IMG/VR virus record: IMGVR_UViG_3300042350_002797
Coordinates: 124,001-188,000 of that record
Strand: one strand, 5' to 3'
DNA: 64,000 bases
Under the pieces are notes generated by a model. The model was not told the DNA's origin, searched no databases, and saw nothing but the letters and a program-made list of their open reading frames with translations. The translations under genes and the position numbers were made by a program. Positions within the stretch are counted from its first letter, which is position 1. Each line of letters begins with the position of its first letter. Below are positions 45,913 through 54,127 of this stretch, one piece after another.

Positions 45913-46236
45913 ATGAAGACTAAAACTATTGCTTTTTCTTTAATTTTTGCTGTTAACAGTGTGTGGGCCAATGCTTGGGATAATCCAAATACGCCATTTG
46001 ACACCAAAAGAAACTTTACTGAATCGTCTACTATTCGTTGGGTGACAGTGGATAATGTACAAGAAGCCTGTGAAAAAGAATCACGTAGCAGAGGCTATAA
46101 TGGTTTTGGTATGAGTGTGTTGGCTTGCTCTTTTTTCAAAGGAGATCAGTGTACAATCATTACTGGTAAGAAAACAACCATGCACACTTTAGGACATGAA
46201 GTTAGACACTGTTTTCAAGCAGATTGGCACAAATAA
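45913..46236 (+). CDS. Secreted small HExxH protein (minimal zincin-like)
   Basis: Signal peptide MKTKTIAFSLIFAVNSVWA; four Cys; TLGHEVRHCF. Confidence 0.7.
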   Translation: MKTKTIAFSLIFAVNSVWANAWDNPNTPFDTKRNFTESSTIRWVTVDNVQEACEKESRSRGYNGFGMSVLACSFFKGDQCTIITGKKTTMHTLGHEVRHCFQADWHK

Positions 46237-46260
46237 AAAAGCCCCTTGCGGGGCTTTTTT
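46235..46260. terminator. Bidirectional intrinsic terminator
   Basis: AAAAAAGCCCC-TTGC-GGGGCTTTTTT between convergent genes. Confidence 0.92.
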
Positions 46261-47098
46261 ATTGAATAGATTTTATATCTACCCCTTTTTGTTTAAGAAG
46301 TATAAGAGCTTGAGCCATTTCTCCACCTGAAAGATCTCCCTTCAGGCCTTGCATTAATGTTTCGCCTGTGTATTCTTGATATTGTTTAGATACACTTTGA
46401 TACTGTTTAGCATCTTTGATTGATTGTAAGACTTTAAATACTGCTTTATTATCTGTTCCGATTCCTTCTATGGCATTTTTTAATTGCCATGCGAGGGACT
46501 TATCTGTTTTCCAAAGTGCAGGTTCTGTCTTAGTTGCATTTGGATCTGTCTTGGTTGCATTTGGATCTGCCATAGGTGCTTGTCCGGATACAGGAAATCC
46601 GTGTTTTTTAGCAATATCTGGATATTTCTTCATAGCTTGTCTAGTTTTGCTATTTGGACCTCCAAGATTTCCGTCAATGCCGTCTTTGTTGGAACCATAA
46701 GTGCCTAAGTCTGCACCTGCTGCTTTTAGATCTTTCTGCATTTTCATAACTGCAAATTGATTTCCAGCGAGAGGTTTATCTCCACCTGTTTTGGTTTTTT
46801 CTCCAGGCATAGGCTGTCTTGGTACTTCCGGCATGCCTGGTTTATCAGATCCGGGAGTAACTGTTGAAGTAGAGTATTTGCTAATTTCATTACTAACACT
46901 GTTGTAACGATCTATTTCTCTATTTAGATCTTGAATGTTTGGGTAATTTGTATATCTTGAATCTTTGCCGAGGTCTTTAAGTTTCAAATATAATGTATTA
47001 AGTTCTGTTTGCTCAGCTGATGAAATTACTTCATATACTGGAGCGTCTATTCGATTTTCAATTTCTGACAATTTTGTCATTAAGTCTTTAATATTCAT
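46259..47098 (-). CDS. Putative internal virion protein: peptidoglycan-binding domain + annexin-like repeat
   Basis: VMKMQKDL..AG.DLG..G...DGIDG.LG...T..AM (PG_binding_1-like); LAWQLKNAIEGIGTD..AVF.VL...Q...+...Y...TG..L...LKGDLSG (annexin-like). Confidence 0.7.
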   Translation of the reverse strand: MNIKDLMTKLSEIENRIDAPVYEVISSAEQTELNTLYLKLKDLGKDSRYTNYPNIQDLNREIDRYNSVSNEISKYSTSTVTPGSDKPGMPEVPRQPMPGEKTKTGGDKPLAGNQFAVMKMQKDLKAAGADLGTYGSNKDGIDGNLGGPNSKTRQAMKKYPDIAKKHGFPVSGQAPMADPNATKTDPNATKTEPALWKTDKSLAWQLKNAIEGIGTDNKAVFKVLQSIKDAKQYQSVSKQYQEYTGETLMQGLKGDLSGGEMAQALILLKQKGVDIKSIQ

Positions 47099-47113
47099 TT
47101 TAGTCCTCTGATC

Positions 47114-48193
47114 TTATTTTCTTGCTGTTCCAGCATATTTCATAATCATAGCTGCATCGTCTGTGCCATAAGGATCAGTATATTCTGGTTCAGGCTCAGA
47201 CTTCTTAGGGTCTGGAACTATTTTTTGATCAGGCACTATTCGTTTTTTAGGATCAGGCTGAGGATTTTGACCACTTGGTTCCTTCATTAATGACTTATCT
47301 AACAGCTCTTTAAATCTAGCCACTGCTGTTTTAAGTTCCTCGGGAGTCATTAACGGATCCTCGCCTGCTGGCTGCTCTGCTTGCCCAGTTGGCTTTTCTG
47401 GCTCTGCTGGTTTTTCAGGAGTAGGTGCTGGAGTTGCTTCTGCACCTTTTTGTAATGCCATATAACGATCTACTAGAGTTTTGACATCAGGGCGTTGATC
47501 TTTCATCGGTCCTAGCTTGCTCATTACATCTGTAAGTTGCTTTTGTTCTTCAGGGCTTAAATCTTTTAATGCTTCAAAAACATAACCAAAAGATTCTACT
47601 AGTTTTCTAGAAATACTTTCGATAGTTACTGGTGCTGCATTTTTACCTTCTGCTTTGTCTAATAGTTTTATTGCAGTAGCAATGTCTTTAGCTAATTCGT
47701 CTTGCTCTTTCTTTCCTGGAGGAAGGTTTATACCTATATCTGTATTTTGACCTTGTGTAGGTTCAGGTTCTGGACTCTTTTGATCGACACCAGTGTAATT
47801 ACTGGTTTTCTTCTGGTCATCAGTTGGTAATGTATCCATTGTACCAGGTTCTTGTTTTTCTTGATTAAAAGTTTTCCATGTGACACCTTCTGGATAATCA
47901 ACAGGCTTGCCATTAACAAACTCTCCGTCGATACTAGTAGGATTAACAGCAGATCTGTCTTCAGGATCAAATTTAGCAAAGTTCCATTTAGCAATTTCTT
48001 GTCTACCTTGATTAGGATACTGCCCTTGTTTCATATGATAGAAATTTCCATCGCTGTGTAACATTAAGGATGTTCTTCCACCGAAGTTATTTTTATGAAA
48101 ATGTGTAGGTTTAAATTCTGTAGGTGCTGCTTCAGATAGTGTCGCACCACTTTCAATTTCTTGTAATTTTGTAATTAAGGATTGTAAGTCCAT
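47114..48193 (-). CDS. Putative internal virion protein, modular and P/E/K-rich
   Basis: N-terminus MDLQSLITKLQEIE parallels the neighbour's MNIKDLMTKLSEIE; LSE|A and VFE|A candidate cleavage sites. Confidence 0.6.
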   Translation of the reverse strand: MDLQSLITKLQEIESGATLSEAAPTEFKPTHFHKNNFGGRTSLMLHSDGNFYHMKQGQYPNQGRQEIAKWNFAKFDPEDRSAVNPTSIDGEFVNGKPVDYPEGVTWKTFNQEKQEPGTMDTLPTDDQKKTSNYTGVDQKSPEPEPTQGQNTDIGINLPPGKKEQDELAKDIATAIKLLDKAEGKNAAPVTIESISRKLVESFGYVFEALKDLSPEEQKQLTDVMSKLGPMKDQRPDVKTLVDRYMALQKGAEATPAPTPEKPAEPEKPTGQAEQPAGEDPLMTPEELKTAVARFKELLDKSLMKEPSGQNPQPDPKKRIVPDQKIVPDPKKSEPEPEYTDPYGTDDAAMIMKYAGTARK

Positions 48194-48215
48194 ATTTCTT
48201 TCCTATTATTATTCT

Positions 48216-48296
48216 TGCTCACTTTTAAGTTACACGGTAGCGAATCGTTTCACTAAGGCAGCAGCCGCCTACGCACCATAGCGGTCCTAAGGTGTG
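48216..48296 (-). ncRNA. Candidate structured RNA (unknown class)
   Basis: 42/81 GC in an AT-rich intergenic gap; three stem-loops, a GAA/GUA E-loop-type internal loop, and a possible pseudoknot. Confidence 0.55.
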
Positions 48297-49061
48297 TTAT
48301 TTTGGAACACAGTTTGGAACTGTGCGTCCGTTCTTTTGTTTTGTTCCTACAGGCTTGTAACCTTTCCAACATGGATTATCTTTCGGATCTCTAAGACCTT
48401 CTTCAACTTCTTTACATCTACAGCCTTTTACATGGTCTCCAGGAATAGGACTTTTACTATCATTTGGAGGCGCTGTGTAATATTCTTCTAATTGTGATAT
48501 CTGTTCGTCTAGTTGATTTTTTAGTTGTCTAATATTGTCTAAAATATCTTCTACTTGTACAACAGGTTTACCTTGAGTATTTGAAGCTCTGCCTGTGCGG
48601 CTAGCTTTCATTTTATCTCCACTACCGCCAATGTGTTTACTAGCTAAACTTAGTCCTGCCTTACGAGGGCCTTTACTTGCTTTGCCCTGTTTAACTTCGC
48701 CACCTTTGGATAGATAATCTTTTACTGCGGAATCTACGTCAGCAGTTTTTTCGTTAATTTTTCTAGAGATTCTTTCTGCTAGTTGTTTGGCACGGTCTTT
48801 ATATCTTTCTTCTGATTCGGATATTTCGTCTTCTATTTTTTTAAAGTATTTTCCGATCATGCTTGGTTTAGCGTCTTTTTCTTTATTAAGAACCGGATTA
48901 GTAATATCTTTTTGATAGTGTTGAACAGCCATTAATTCTGCTGTACTTAGTCTGTTGTTTGATTCATTAACAATAGACAAAAACTTCTCCATATCTTTAG
49001 AAGAAGTTTTGTTAGGTGCCGACGCTCCATCTACAGCAGCTAAGAATTTTTTCATATCCAT
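48297..49061 (-). CDS. Putative internal virion polyprotein
   Basis: Modules separated by VNE|S, INE|K, VEE|G; C-terminal PCWKGYK.VG.K.K.G+.VPNCVP module. Confidence 0.6.
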   Translation of the reverse strand: MDMKKFLAAVDGASAPNKTSSKDMEKFLSIVNESNNRLSTAELMAVQHYQKDITNPVLNKEKDAKPSMIGKYFKKIEDEISESEERYKDRAKQLAERISRKINEKTADVDSAVKDYLSKGGEVKQGKASKGPRKAGLSLASKHIGGSGDKMKASRTGRASNTQGKPVVQVEDILDNIRQLKNQLDEQISQLEEYYTAPPNDSKSPIPGDHVKGCRCKEVEEGLRDPKDNPCWKGYKPVGTKQKNGRTVPNCVPK

Positions 49062-49064
49062 AAT

Positions 49065-50090
49065 TTATTTCTTAGCCGTTTTAGCTGCATCCTTCCAATC
49101 TTTAGCATTAGGTGCTTTAGGATGATTTTTGTCTCTACTAGTTCCTGCTGCTTTACGTTTGTTTACATTATAGTAAAGGCCTTTCTTAACTGCTTCTTCC
49201 ATAGGACACTCTTTTAAACCATGTACTGGACAGCTCTTGCCCTCCATAGTTTGATTACACCCTTTTGACATTTCGTTTGTTTTCTTACGATAAACATCTA
49301 CAGGGCCATGCTTACTACCTTTTTTAGGTAGATGTACTTCGTCGGGAGGTGATGGTAATTTGTCACCACCTTCTTTTATTTTCTTGTCTTTAAGAGCCTT
49401 TTTCATTGGCTCTTTTTTGTTACCATCTTTGTCGAAGTCAAGATAATCTGGCTTAGACGATTCTTTAACTTTTTTATCCTTCTTCGGCTTTTCATCTTCC
49501 TCGTCCTCTTTATCTGCTGCTTGTTTACTACCGCCATAGCGGGATCCTTTTTTAATTCCACTACCGCCACTAGGTTGAGGGCCTCGTTTTTTCTCAAGAT
49601 ACTTTTGCATCTCTTCAAAGCCTTCTTTGACATCCTTTTCTTTGTCATCGTCTTTCTGTTTGCTGCCACCGTATGCCTTGCCTTGCTTTTTTCCAGCACC
49701 GCCGCTTGGCTTCGGTTTATCTTTTTCTTTCATATACTTTTCTAAGTCGTCAAATCCTTCTTCGACTTTGTCAGTTTGTTTTTTAACTTTTTCAGCTTGA
49801 CGCTTTGCTTCCATTAATTTTTGTTGAAATGCAAGACGTACACTTTCACTGTAGACATCGCTGTTTTCTAATTTATCGCCATATTCGCTAGCTTTCATTT
49901 CATATTCCATAAAATGGTATACACTAGCAATATAATCAGCTGCTTTAGTAATCTTAGCCTGCACCCAACCTTCTAGTTCTTGACCTTCTCGGATCATTTT
50001 AAATAATTTCATAGAATAGTTGGCTAATTTGTATAGATCAGCACGGGCCATTGCAGCTTCGTGATTATCTGGACGTCTATCTAAATTCAT
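49065..50090 (-). CDS. Putative internal virion polyprotein, K/E-rich
   Basis: LEGWVQAKITKAADY domain; duplicated GF..+.KY.....P.PSGG.G.K.G..YGGSKQ modules after VEE|G and VKE|G; PDYLDFDKDG; CPVHG; GLYYNVNKR modules. Confidence 0.65.
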   Translation of the reverse strand: MNLDRRPDNHEAAMARADLYKLANYSMKLFKMIREGQELEGWVQAKITKAADYIASVYHFMEYEMKASEYGDKLENSDVYSESVRLAFQQKLMEAKRQAEKVKKQTDKVEEGFDDLEKYMKEKDKPKPSGGAGKKQGKAYGGSKQKDDDKEKDVKEGFEEMQKYLEKKRGPQPSGGSGIKKGSRYGGSKQAADKEDEEDEKPKKDKKVKESSKPDYLDFDKDGNKKEPMKKALKDKKIKEGGDKLPSPPDEVHLPKKGSKHGPVDVYRKKTNEMSKGCNQTMEGKSCPVHGLKECPMEEAVKKGLYYNVNKRKAAGTSRDKNHPKAPNAKDWKDAAKTAKK

Positions 50091-50111
50091 GAGTTTTTCT
50101 CCAATACGTTA

Positions 50112-50118
50112 TATTTAT
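50112..50118 (-). promoter_or_regulatory. Late-promoter-like ATAAATA
   Basis: CGATAAATAT about 22 nt before GGAG-ATG(50090); identical CGATAAATAT at 56943-56952. Confidence 0.55.
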
Positions 50119-50372
50119 CGTTTGACGGCACCACCGCCGAATATGTTATTTTTTATATCTAATGCATTCTTAGCAGTACCGTCTGGGTTCTTAACTTGAA
50201 CAGTTTTGGGAACACTAGGTGCCTTAGTTCCAGATTTACCCGGAGTTCCTGTGTAGCTTTTTTTGCCTCGGTCTTTACCTATAGCAACATGGGGACTGAC
50301 CACTGAAGCAATATTACCGGCACTAGTAGCACCAGCAGTGGCAGTTTCTCCTAATAGTTCCCTTAAACGCAT
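50115..50372 (-). CDS. Small putative internal virion protein
   Basis: Leader MRLRELLGE followed by a basic G/K/T-rich peptide. Confidence 0.6.
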   Translation of the reverse strand: MRLRELLGETATAGATSAGNIASVVSPHVAIGKDRGKKSYTGTPGKSGTKAPSVPKTVQVKNPDGTAKNALDIKNNIFGGGAVKR

Positions 50373-50374
50373 GA

Positions 50375-51010
50375 TTAGCCCTCAAATGCATCTAATGCAT
50401 CATTCCAATGTTTAATACGATCTTCCATGCCAATCGTGCCACCGTTGATTCTTTTACTTAATAAGACAATGTCACCTTTGTCGCAAATTGCATTTAGTTG
50501 ATTCTTATACCAGAACCAGCAAGCACTAAGGGTCGCATATTCTGGAGTTCTTAGTAAGTCCGGATCATTTGCTAATGTATCGTCGCCGAATAAATCTCGA
50601 CTGCATTTAGTATAATTGTCACGTCCAGTTAATTGTAGAATACCTCTACCGCGGAATTTCCAACCATCTCCGCTAGATTCAGGCCCATTGCCCATACGAC
50701 TACTATAGATTTTGTTAGCGATCTTTTCAGGTTTACGCTCATAGGCTTTTGCTGTAGCATCGTCCGGAAAGTATTTTCCAAATAATCCACGAAGCCCTTT
50801 AGCTCCGTAGTTTAAATTTTCTTGTAGTGCAGTAAAATCGGCACTTTCGTGTTGACATTGTGCAATAAATCCTGCTACTCTAGCAGGTGTAGTAATCATA
50901 AATTTTGGTAAGTACATATTAAACGCATTATACCAAAGCTCTAATTCTTTGTTTTTATGTACTACTTTTTTAAGATTGTTTAATGTAAAATCAAATTCAA
51001 ATCCACTCAT
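50375..51010 (-). CDS. Glycoside hydrolase family 19 endolysin
   Basis: R.A.F+AQC.HES, ENLNY, GDGWKFRGRG..QLTGR.NY, SACWFW, RINGG..G..DR. Confidence 0.93.
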   Translation of the reverse strand: MSGFEFDFTLNNLKKVVHKNKELELWYNAFNMYLPKFMITTPARVAGFIAQCQHESADFTALQENLNYGAKGLRGLFGKYFPDDATAKAYERKPEKIANKIYSSRMGNGPESSGDGWKFRGRGILQLTGRDNYTKCSRDLFGDDTLANDPDLLRTPEYATLSACWFWYKNQLNAICDKGDIVLLSKRINGGTIGMEDRIKHWNDALDAFEG

Positions 51011-52830
51011 TTGCTACTCCTTTTTTTACCTTGCCTCATATTTATTTGCCAATGGGCTAATTGTTTTTTACGAGGACTTGCTGTGTCACTGCTTCTAATT
51101 TTTTTTAGTGTTGAGATACTGGATTTTTTTGGAATCCCGTGTCTTGCACTATCGCCTTTATCTTGAGGATTTTTACCATCTGCAAAATTTTCATCAATAT
51201 CGTGTGTATCTAATCCTAGTTGTTTAAGATATTTGATATATTCGTGTTCCAGAGGTTCACTGCCAAATGATAATACAGTTTGAGGAGGTCCTTGACCGAA
51301 ATCGTGTTTACCTAACCCTTTTAAATTACTAATATGCTGACCTAATTTATACCAGTCATATGTGTCACTAACATCTACTTTTACAGTGCCTTTAGGCCAT
51401 GGAATTAAATCTCCTTCTTTAATAGGAGTATTCATAGTTTTTAGGTAATTTTGAAATATTCCGTGACGTTTTTGTAAACCAGCTAGTCCAGGATTAATAT
51501 ACCTAGTTACAGTTCTTGTATCAGTAAAGTTTTTAACATTAGGCTGGACTCTATTTTTCCAGAACCACACACTGGCTTTGGCAGCGATTTCTGGTTTTTC
51601 TAATAATTCGGGTTTGTTATCCAAAGGAAGACCTAGTGCTTGACCGGCTTGAGTATAATTCCATCGACCTGTTAATTGAATAAACCCGCGACCTTTAAAT
51701 CTTTGTCCGTCTCCAGACATAGTATTACCTAACTCTTTGGCCTTATCAGGACTAAATTGTTTATCGTATTTTTTTAAAAATTCGTCAGATGTACCAAATT
51801 CTACAAGTGTTGCATAATTTGCTGTTTCGTGTGCGCACTGTGCTAAAAATTGTGCAAGCTCTTTGCCTTTGATGCCTGCCTTTAAAGCAAAATTTCTTAG
51901 CGTAGATTCTAAAGGATTGCCAGTTATTGGAGCAGGTTGAGCTGCCTGACCTGATATTTTTTTGTCTACAGAAGTAGGTTGTTTTTTCTTTTGTATATTA
52001 GAAATTAAATCACCAATTGGGTCGCCTTTAACATTACCATATGAATCTAATTTTTCTTTAATAGATTCAGCTTCTCCGCCACCATCTCCGCTGTATCCAC
52101 TGTCGTATCCATAACCACCGTAAGGTCCAGGACCCCATGCTCCATAACCGCCATAAGTATTTCTACTAAAAAGTGAATTTTGTTTTCGTTGACGAGATTT
52201 TTTCTTTCTACGGCTTTCGCTTACTACAGCAACACTACCAGAAGATTTTACAAAATATGCATCAAAATCTACATTAGGGTATTCTTGTTCTAAACTTTTG
52301 AATACTTTTAAATTTGTCATCGAATCATCAATAAGATTCACTCTGTTATACTTGCCGGTATTTAGATACTTTCTTACCCATACGGCTTTTTTATAAGCCG
52401 GCGGTTCGTCACCAGGTAAATTGCCTGCACGATGAACATGTATACGACTCATATCAATACCATACTTTTCAAACGTACTTAAAAATTTATCTTTATCATC
52501 AAAGTCGGCACGAGCAGTTAACATAATTACTTTGGTATTAGCTGCCCGGTCTAGGATACGTTTTAATGTGTTGATCATTGGTTTAATTGGTTCGCTTTCT
52601 TTAGCAAACTTTTCAGCACTACGAAACTCGCCGAAGTCAAATTCTTCACCAGGTTGTAATTCGTAATTATTAAATTCTTGATTAGTTAAACTACGTACTA
52701 CTTTACCGTCTTTGATTACTTTAATCTGAGCAGTAGTATGAAATAATGTATCATCAATGTCGAAGATTGTTAAGCCCATATTACCCTTAGGCATTTCTTG
52801 TCGTTCGGTAATAATATCTAATATTTTCAT
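51007..52830 (-). CDS. Multidomain protein: HAD-family phosphatase + GH19 lysozyme + small modules
   Basis: FDIDDTL, LTAR, IDD (HAD); AQFLAQCAHET, GDG.RFKGRG.IQLTGR.NY (GH19); domain borders at VSE|S, IKE|K, IKE|G, IDE|N. Confidence 0.85.
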   Translation of the reverse strand: MKILDIITERQEMPKGNMGLTIFDIDDTLFHTTAQIKVIKDGKVVRSLTNQEFNNYELQPGEEFDFGEFRSAEKFAKESEPIKPMINTLKRILDRAANTKVIMLTARADFDDKDKFLSTFEKYGIDMSRIHVHRAGNLPGDEPPAYKKAVWVRKYLNTGKYNRVNLIDDSMTNLKVFKSLEQEYPNVDFDAYFVKSSGSVAVVSESRRKKKSRQRKQNSLFSRNTYGGYGAWGPGPYGGYGYDSGYSGDGGGEAESIKEKLDSYGNVKGDPIGDLISNIQKKKQPTSVDKKISGQAAQPAPITGNPLESTLRNFALKAGIKGKELAQFLAQCAHETANYATLVEFGTSDEFLKKYDKQFSPDKAKELGNTMSGDGQRFKGRGFIQLTGRWNYTQAGQALGLPLDNKPELLEKPEIAAKASVWFWKNRVQPNVKNFTDTRTVTRYINPGLAGLQKRHGIFQNYLKTMNTPIKEGDLIPWPKGTVKVDVSDTYDWYKLGQHISNLKGLGKHDFGQGPPQTVLSFGSEPLEHEYIKYLKQLGLDTHDIDENFADGKNPQDKGDSARHGIPKKSSISTLKKIRSSDTASPRKKQLAHWQINMRQGKKRSSK

Positions 52831-53468
52831 TTCACCAGTCCAGCTAATTGTTTTATTCTATGTAAATCTTTTACAGTCTCGGCTACTCGAGGTTTTATAG
52901 TAGGTGCCGCTGCTACCGGTGGTTTAGTTGTAGATGCCACGGGTGCCGGCACAGCAGCGGGTGCCTGTGCTACTGCCTGAGGTGCAGCAGGTGTGCCTTT
53001 AAATTTTGCCATTGCTATATCAACTTCTTGTTTTATAGTATTGGTAATATTACCTACCAAAGTATTAAGTCTTTGTTTAGTGCCTTGCGGATCAGCAACT
53101 AAATCTTGTTCTAAGGTTACTAGTTCTCCTTTAGGACCTGCAAATGCTTCTGCATATAGTTCTCGAGCCATGGCATACGCTGTGGCAGGAATAGTAGTAA
53201 CAAACGAGCCAAATGTACTAGCTACATCTAATCCTGCTCCTACAATATCGCCACCAGTAATACTTTGCCCACTGTTCCATATGGCTTTTAATTTATCATA
53301 GGCACCTTTTAATGCAACTACAGTGCCTACAACTGGAATACTTTTAGCAACTATACTAGCTATTTTTGAACCTATTTTTTGTTTGACTATACCGGCTAGA
53401 GCTGTGCTTGCGAGTTTAGGCACTCGCTGTACAGCAGTATTTTCATGAATAATTTGGTAATCAGTCAT
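52827..53468 (-). CDS. Putative virion protein with hydrophobic helical hairpin
   Basis: Likely start ATG 53468; KSIPVVGTVVAL...GDIVGAGLDVAS; C-terminal LHRIKQLAGL. Confidence 0.6.
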   Translation of the reverse strand: MTDYQIIHENTAVQRVPKLASTALAGIVKQKIGSKIASIVAKSIPVVGTVVALKGAYDKLKAIWNSGQSITGGDIVGAGLDVASTFGSFVTTIPATAYAMARELYAEAFAGPKGELVTLEQDLVADPQGTKQRLNTLVGNITNTIKQEVDIAMAKFKGTPAAPQAVAQAPAAVPAPVASTTKPPVAAAPTIKPRVAETVKDLHRIKQLAGLVK

Positions 53469-53685
53469 TTTTCCTAATACCTGATCCAATAGGTTTTTCA
53501 CCGGTAAGTTTGGGCAAGCTAAACCACAGTTGAAACCATTCAGGAGTTCCTGGTTTAATATTATGCTTCTTCATAAGACGACCTTTTTCGTCGCCAGTAA
53601 TACTGATATTGCTCCCCTCCCAGACATGCCATCCTTTATATTCATTTATACCAGCAAGTTTTTTAATTTGATCTAATTCATCCAT
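53461..53685 (-). CDS. Small putative virion protein
   Basis: MDELDQIKKLAGINE leader; IKPGTPEWFQLWFS. Confidence 0.65.
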   Translation of the reverse strand: MDELDQIKKLAGINEYKGWHVWEGSNISITGDEKGRLMKKHNIKPGTPEWFQLWFSLPKLTGEKPIGSGIRKND

Positions 53686-54118
53686 TTTTTAAACTTGCCC
53701 TTAACATCCACCCATGTTTACGATGTGCATCTATTCTGCCTGCTACAAAATCACTAAATCCATATTCTCCATTTTTTTCAGATTCTTGAAATACTAATTT
53801 GAGAACTTTAATAATTTTTTCGTTGTCTTCTAATAATTCTTGTAACATTGATTCGGGCGGAAGAATATTAGTTTCGTCGTCGATTTGTGTTAGCATACTA
53901 AATCGTTGAAAACTACCTGGAACATATGTGCCTTGACTACGAATTTGTTCTGCAAATACGTCTATACTACCATATACTTCTTCATAGATAGCACCAAAAA
54001 GATCATGTAATTCTTTAAAATGAATGCCTTCGACGTTCCAATGAAAGTTGTGTGCTTTTAAATAGAAACTAAAAGTACTGGCAAATGCTACTTTACTGGC
54101 TTTTTGTAATTCTTCCAT
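53678..54118 (-). CDS. dps: Dps / DNA-binding ferritin-like protein
   Basis: KAHNFHWNVEG..F..LH.LF..IYE.....D..AE.IR, H.K..WML. Confidence 0.93.
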   Translation of the reverse strand: MEELQKASKVAFASTFSFYLKAHNFHWNVEGIHFKELHDLFGAIYEEVYGSIDVFAEQIRSQGTYVPGSFQRFSMLTQIDDETNILPPESMLQELLEDNEKIIKVLKLVFQESEKNGEYGFSDFVAGRIDAHRKHGWMLRASLKNG

Positions 54119-54127
54119 TGTTGATCC

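Noticed and set aside
48216-48296. tRNA, or twister/pistol/hammerhead ribozyme
   Set aside because: No acceptor stem or cloverleaf. GGUCCUAAG on the + strand recalls twister, but the other conserved elements are missing. Kept only as an unknown RNA candidate.
48225-48299. Stop-codon read-through fusing the 254-aa and 359-aa ORFs
   Set aside because: Reading past the TAA meets another in-frame TAA after 23 codons.
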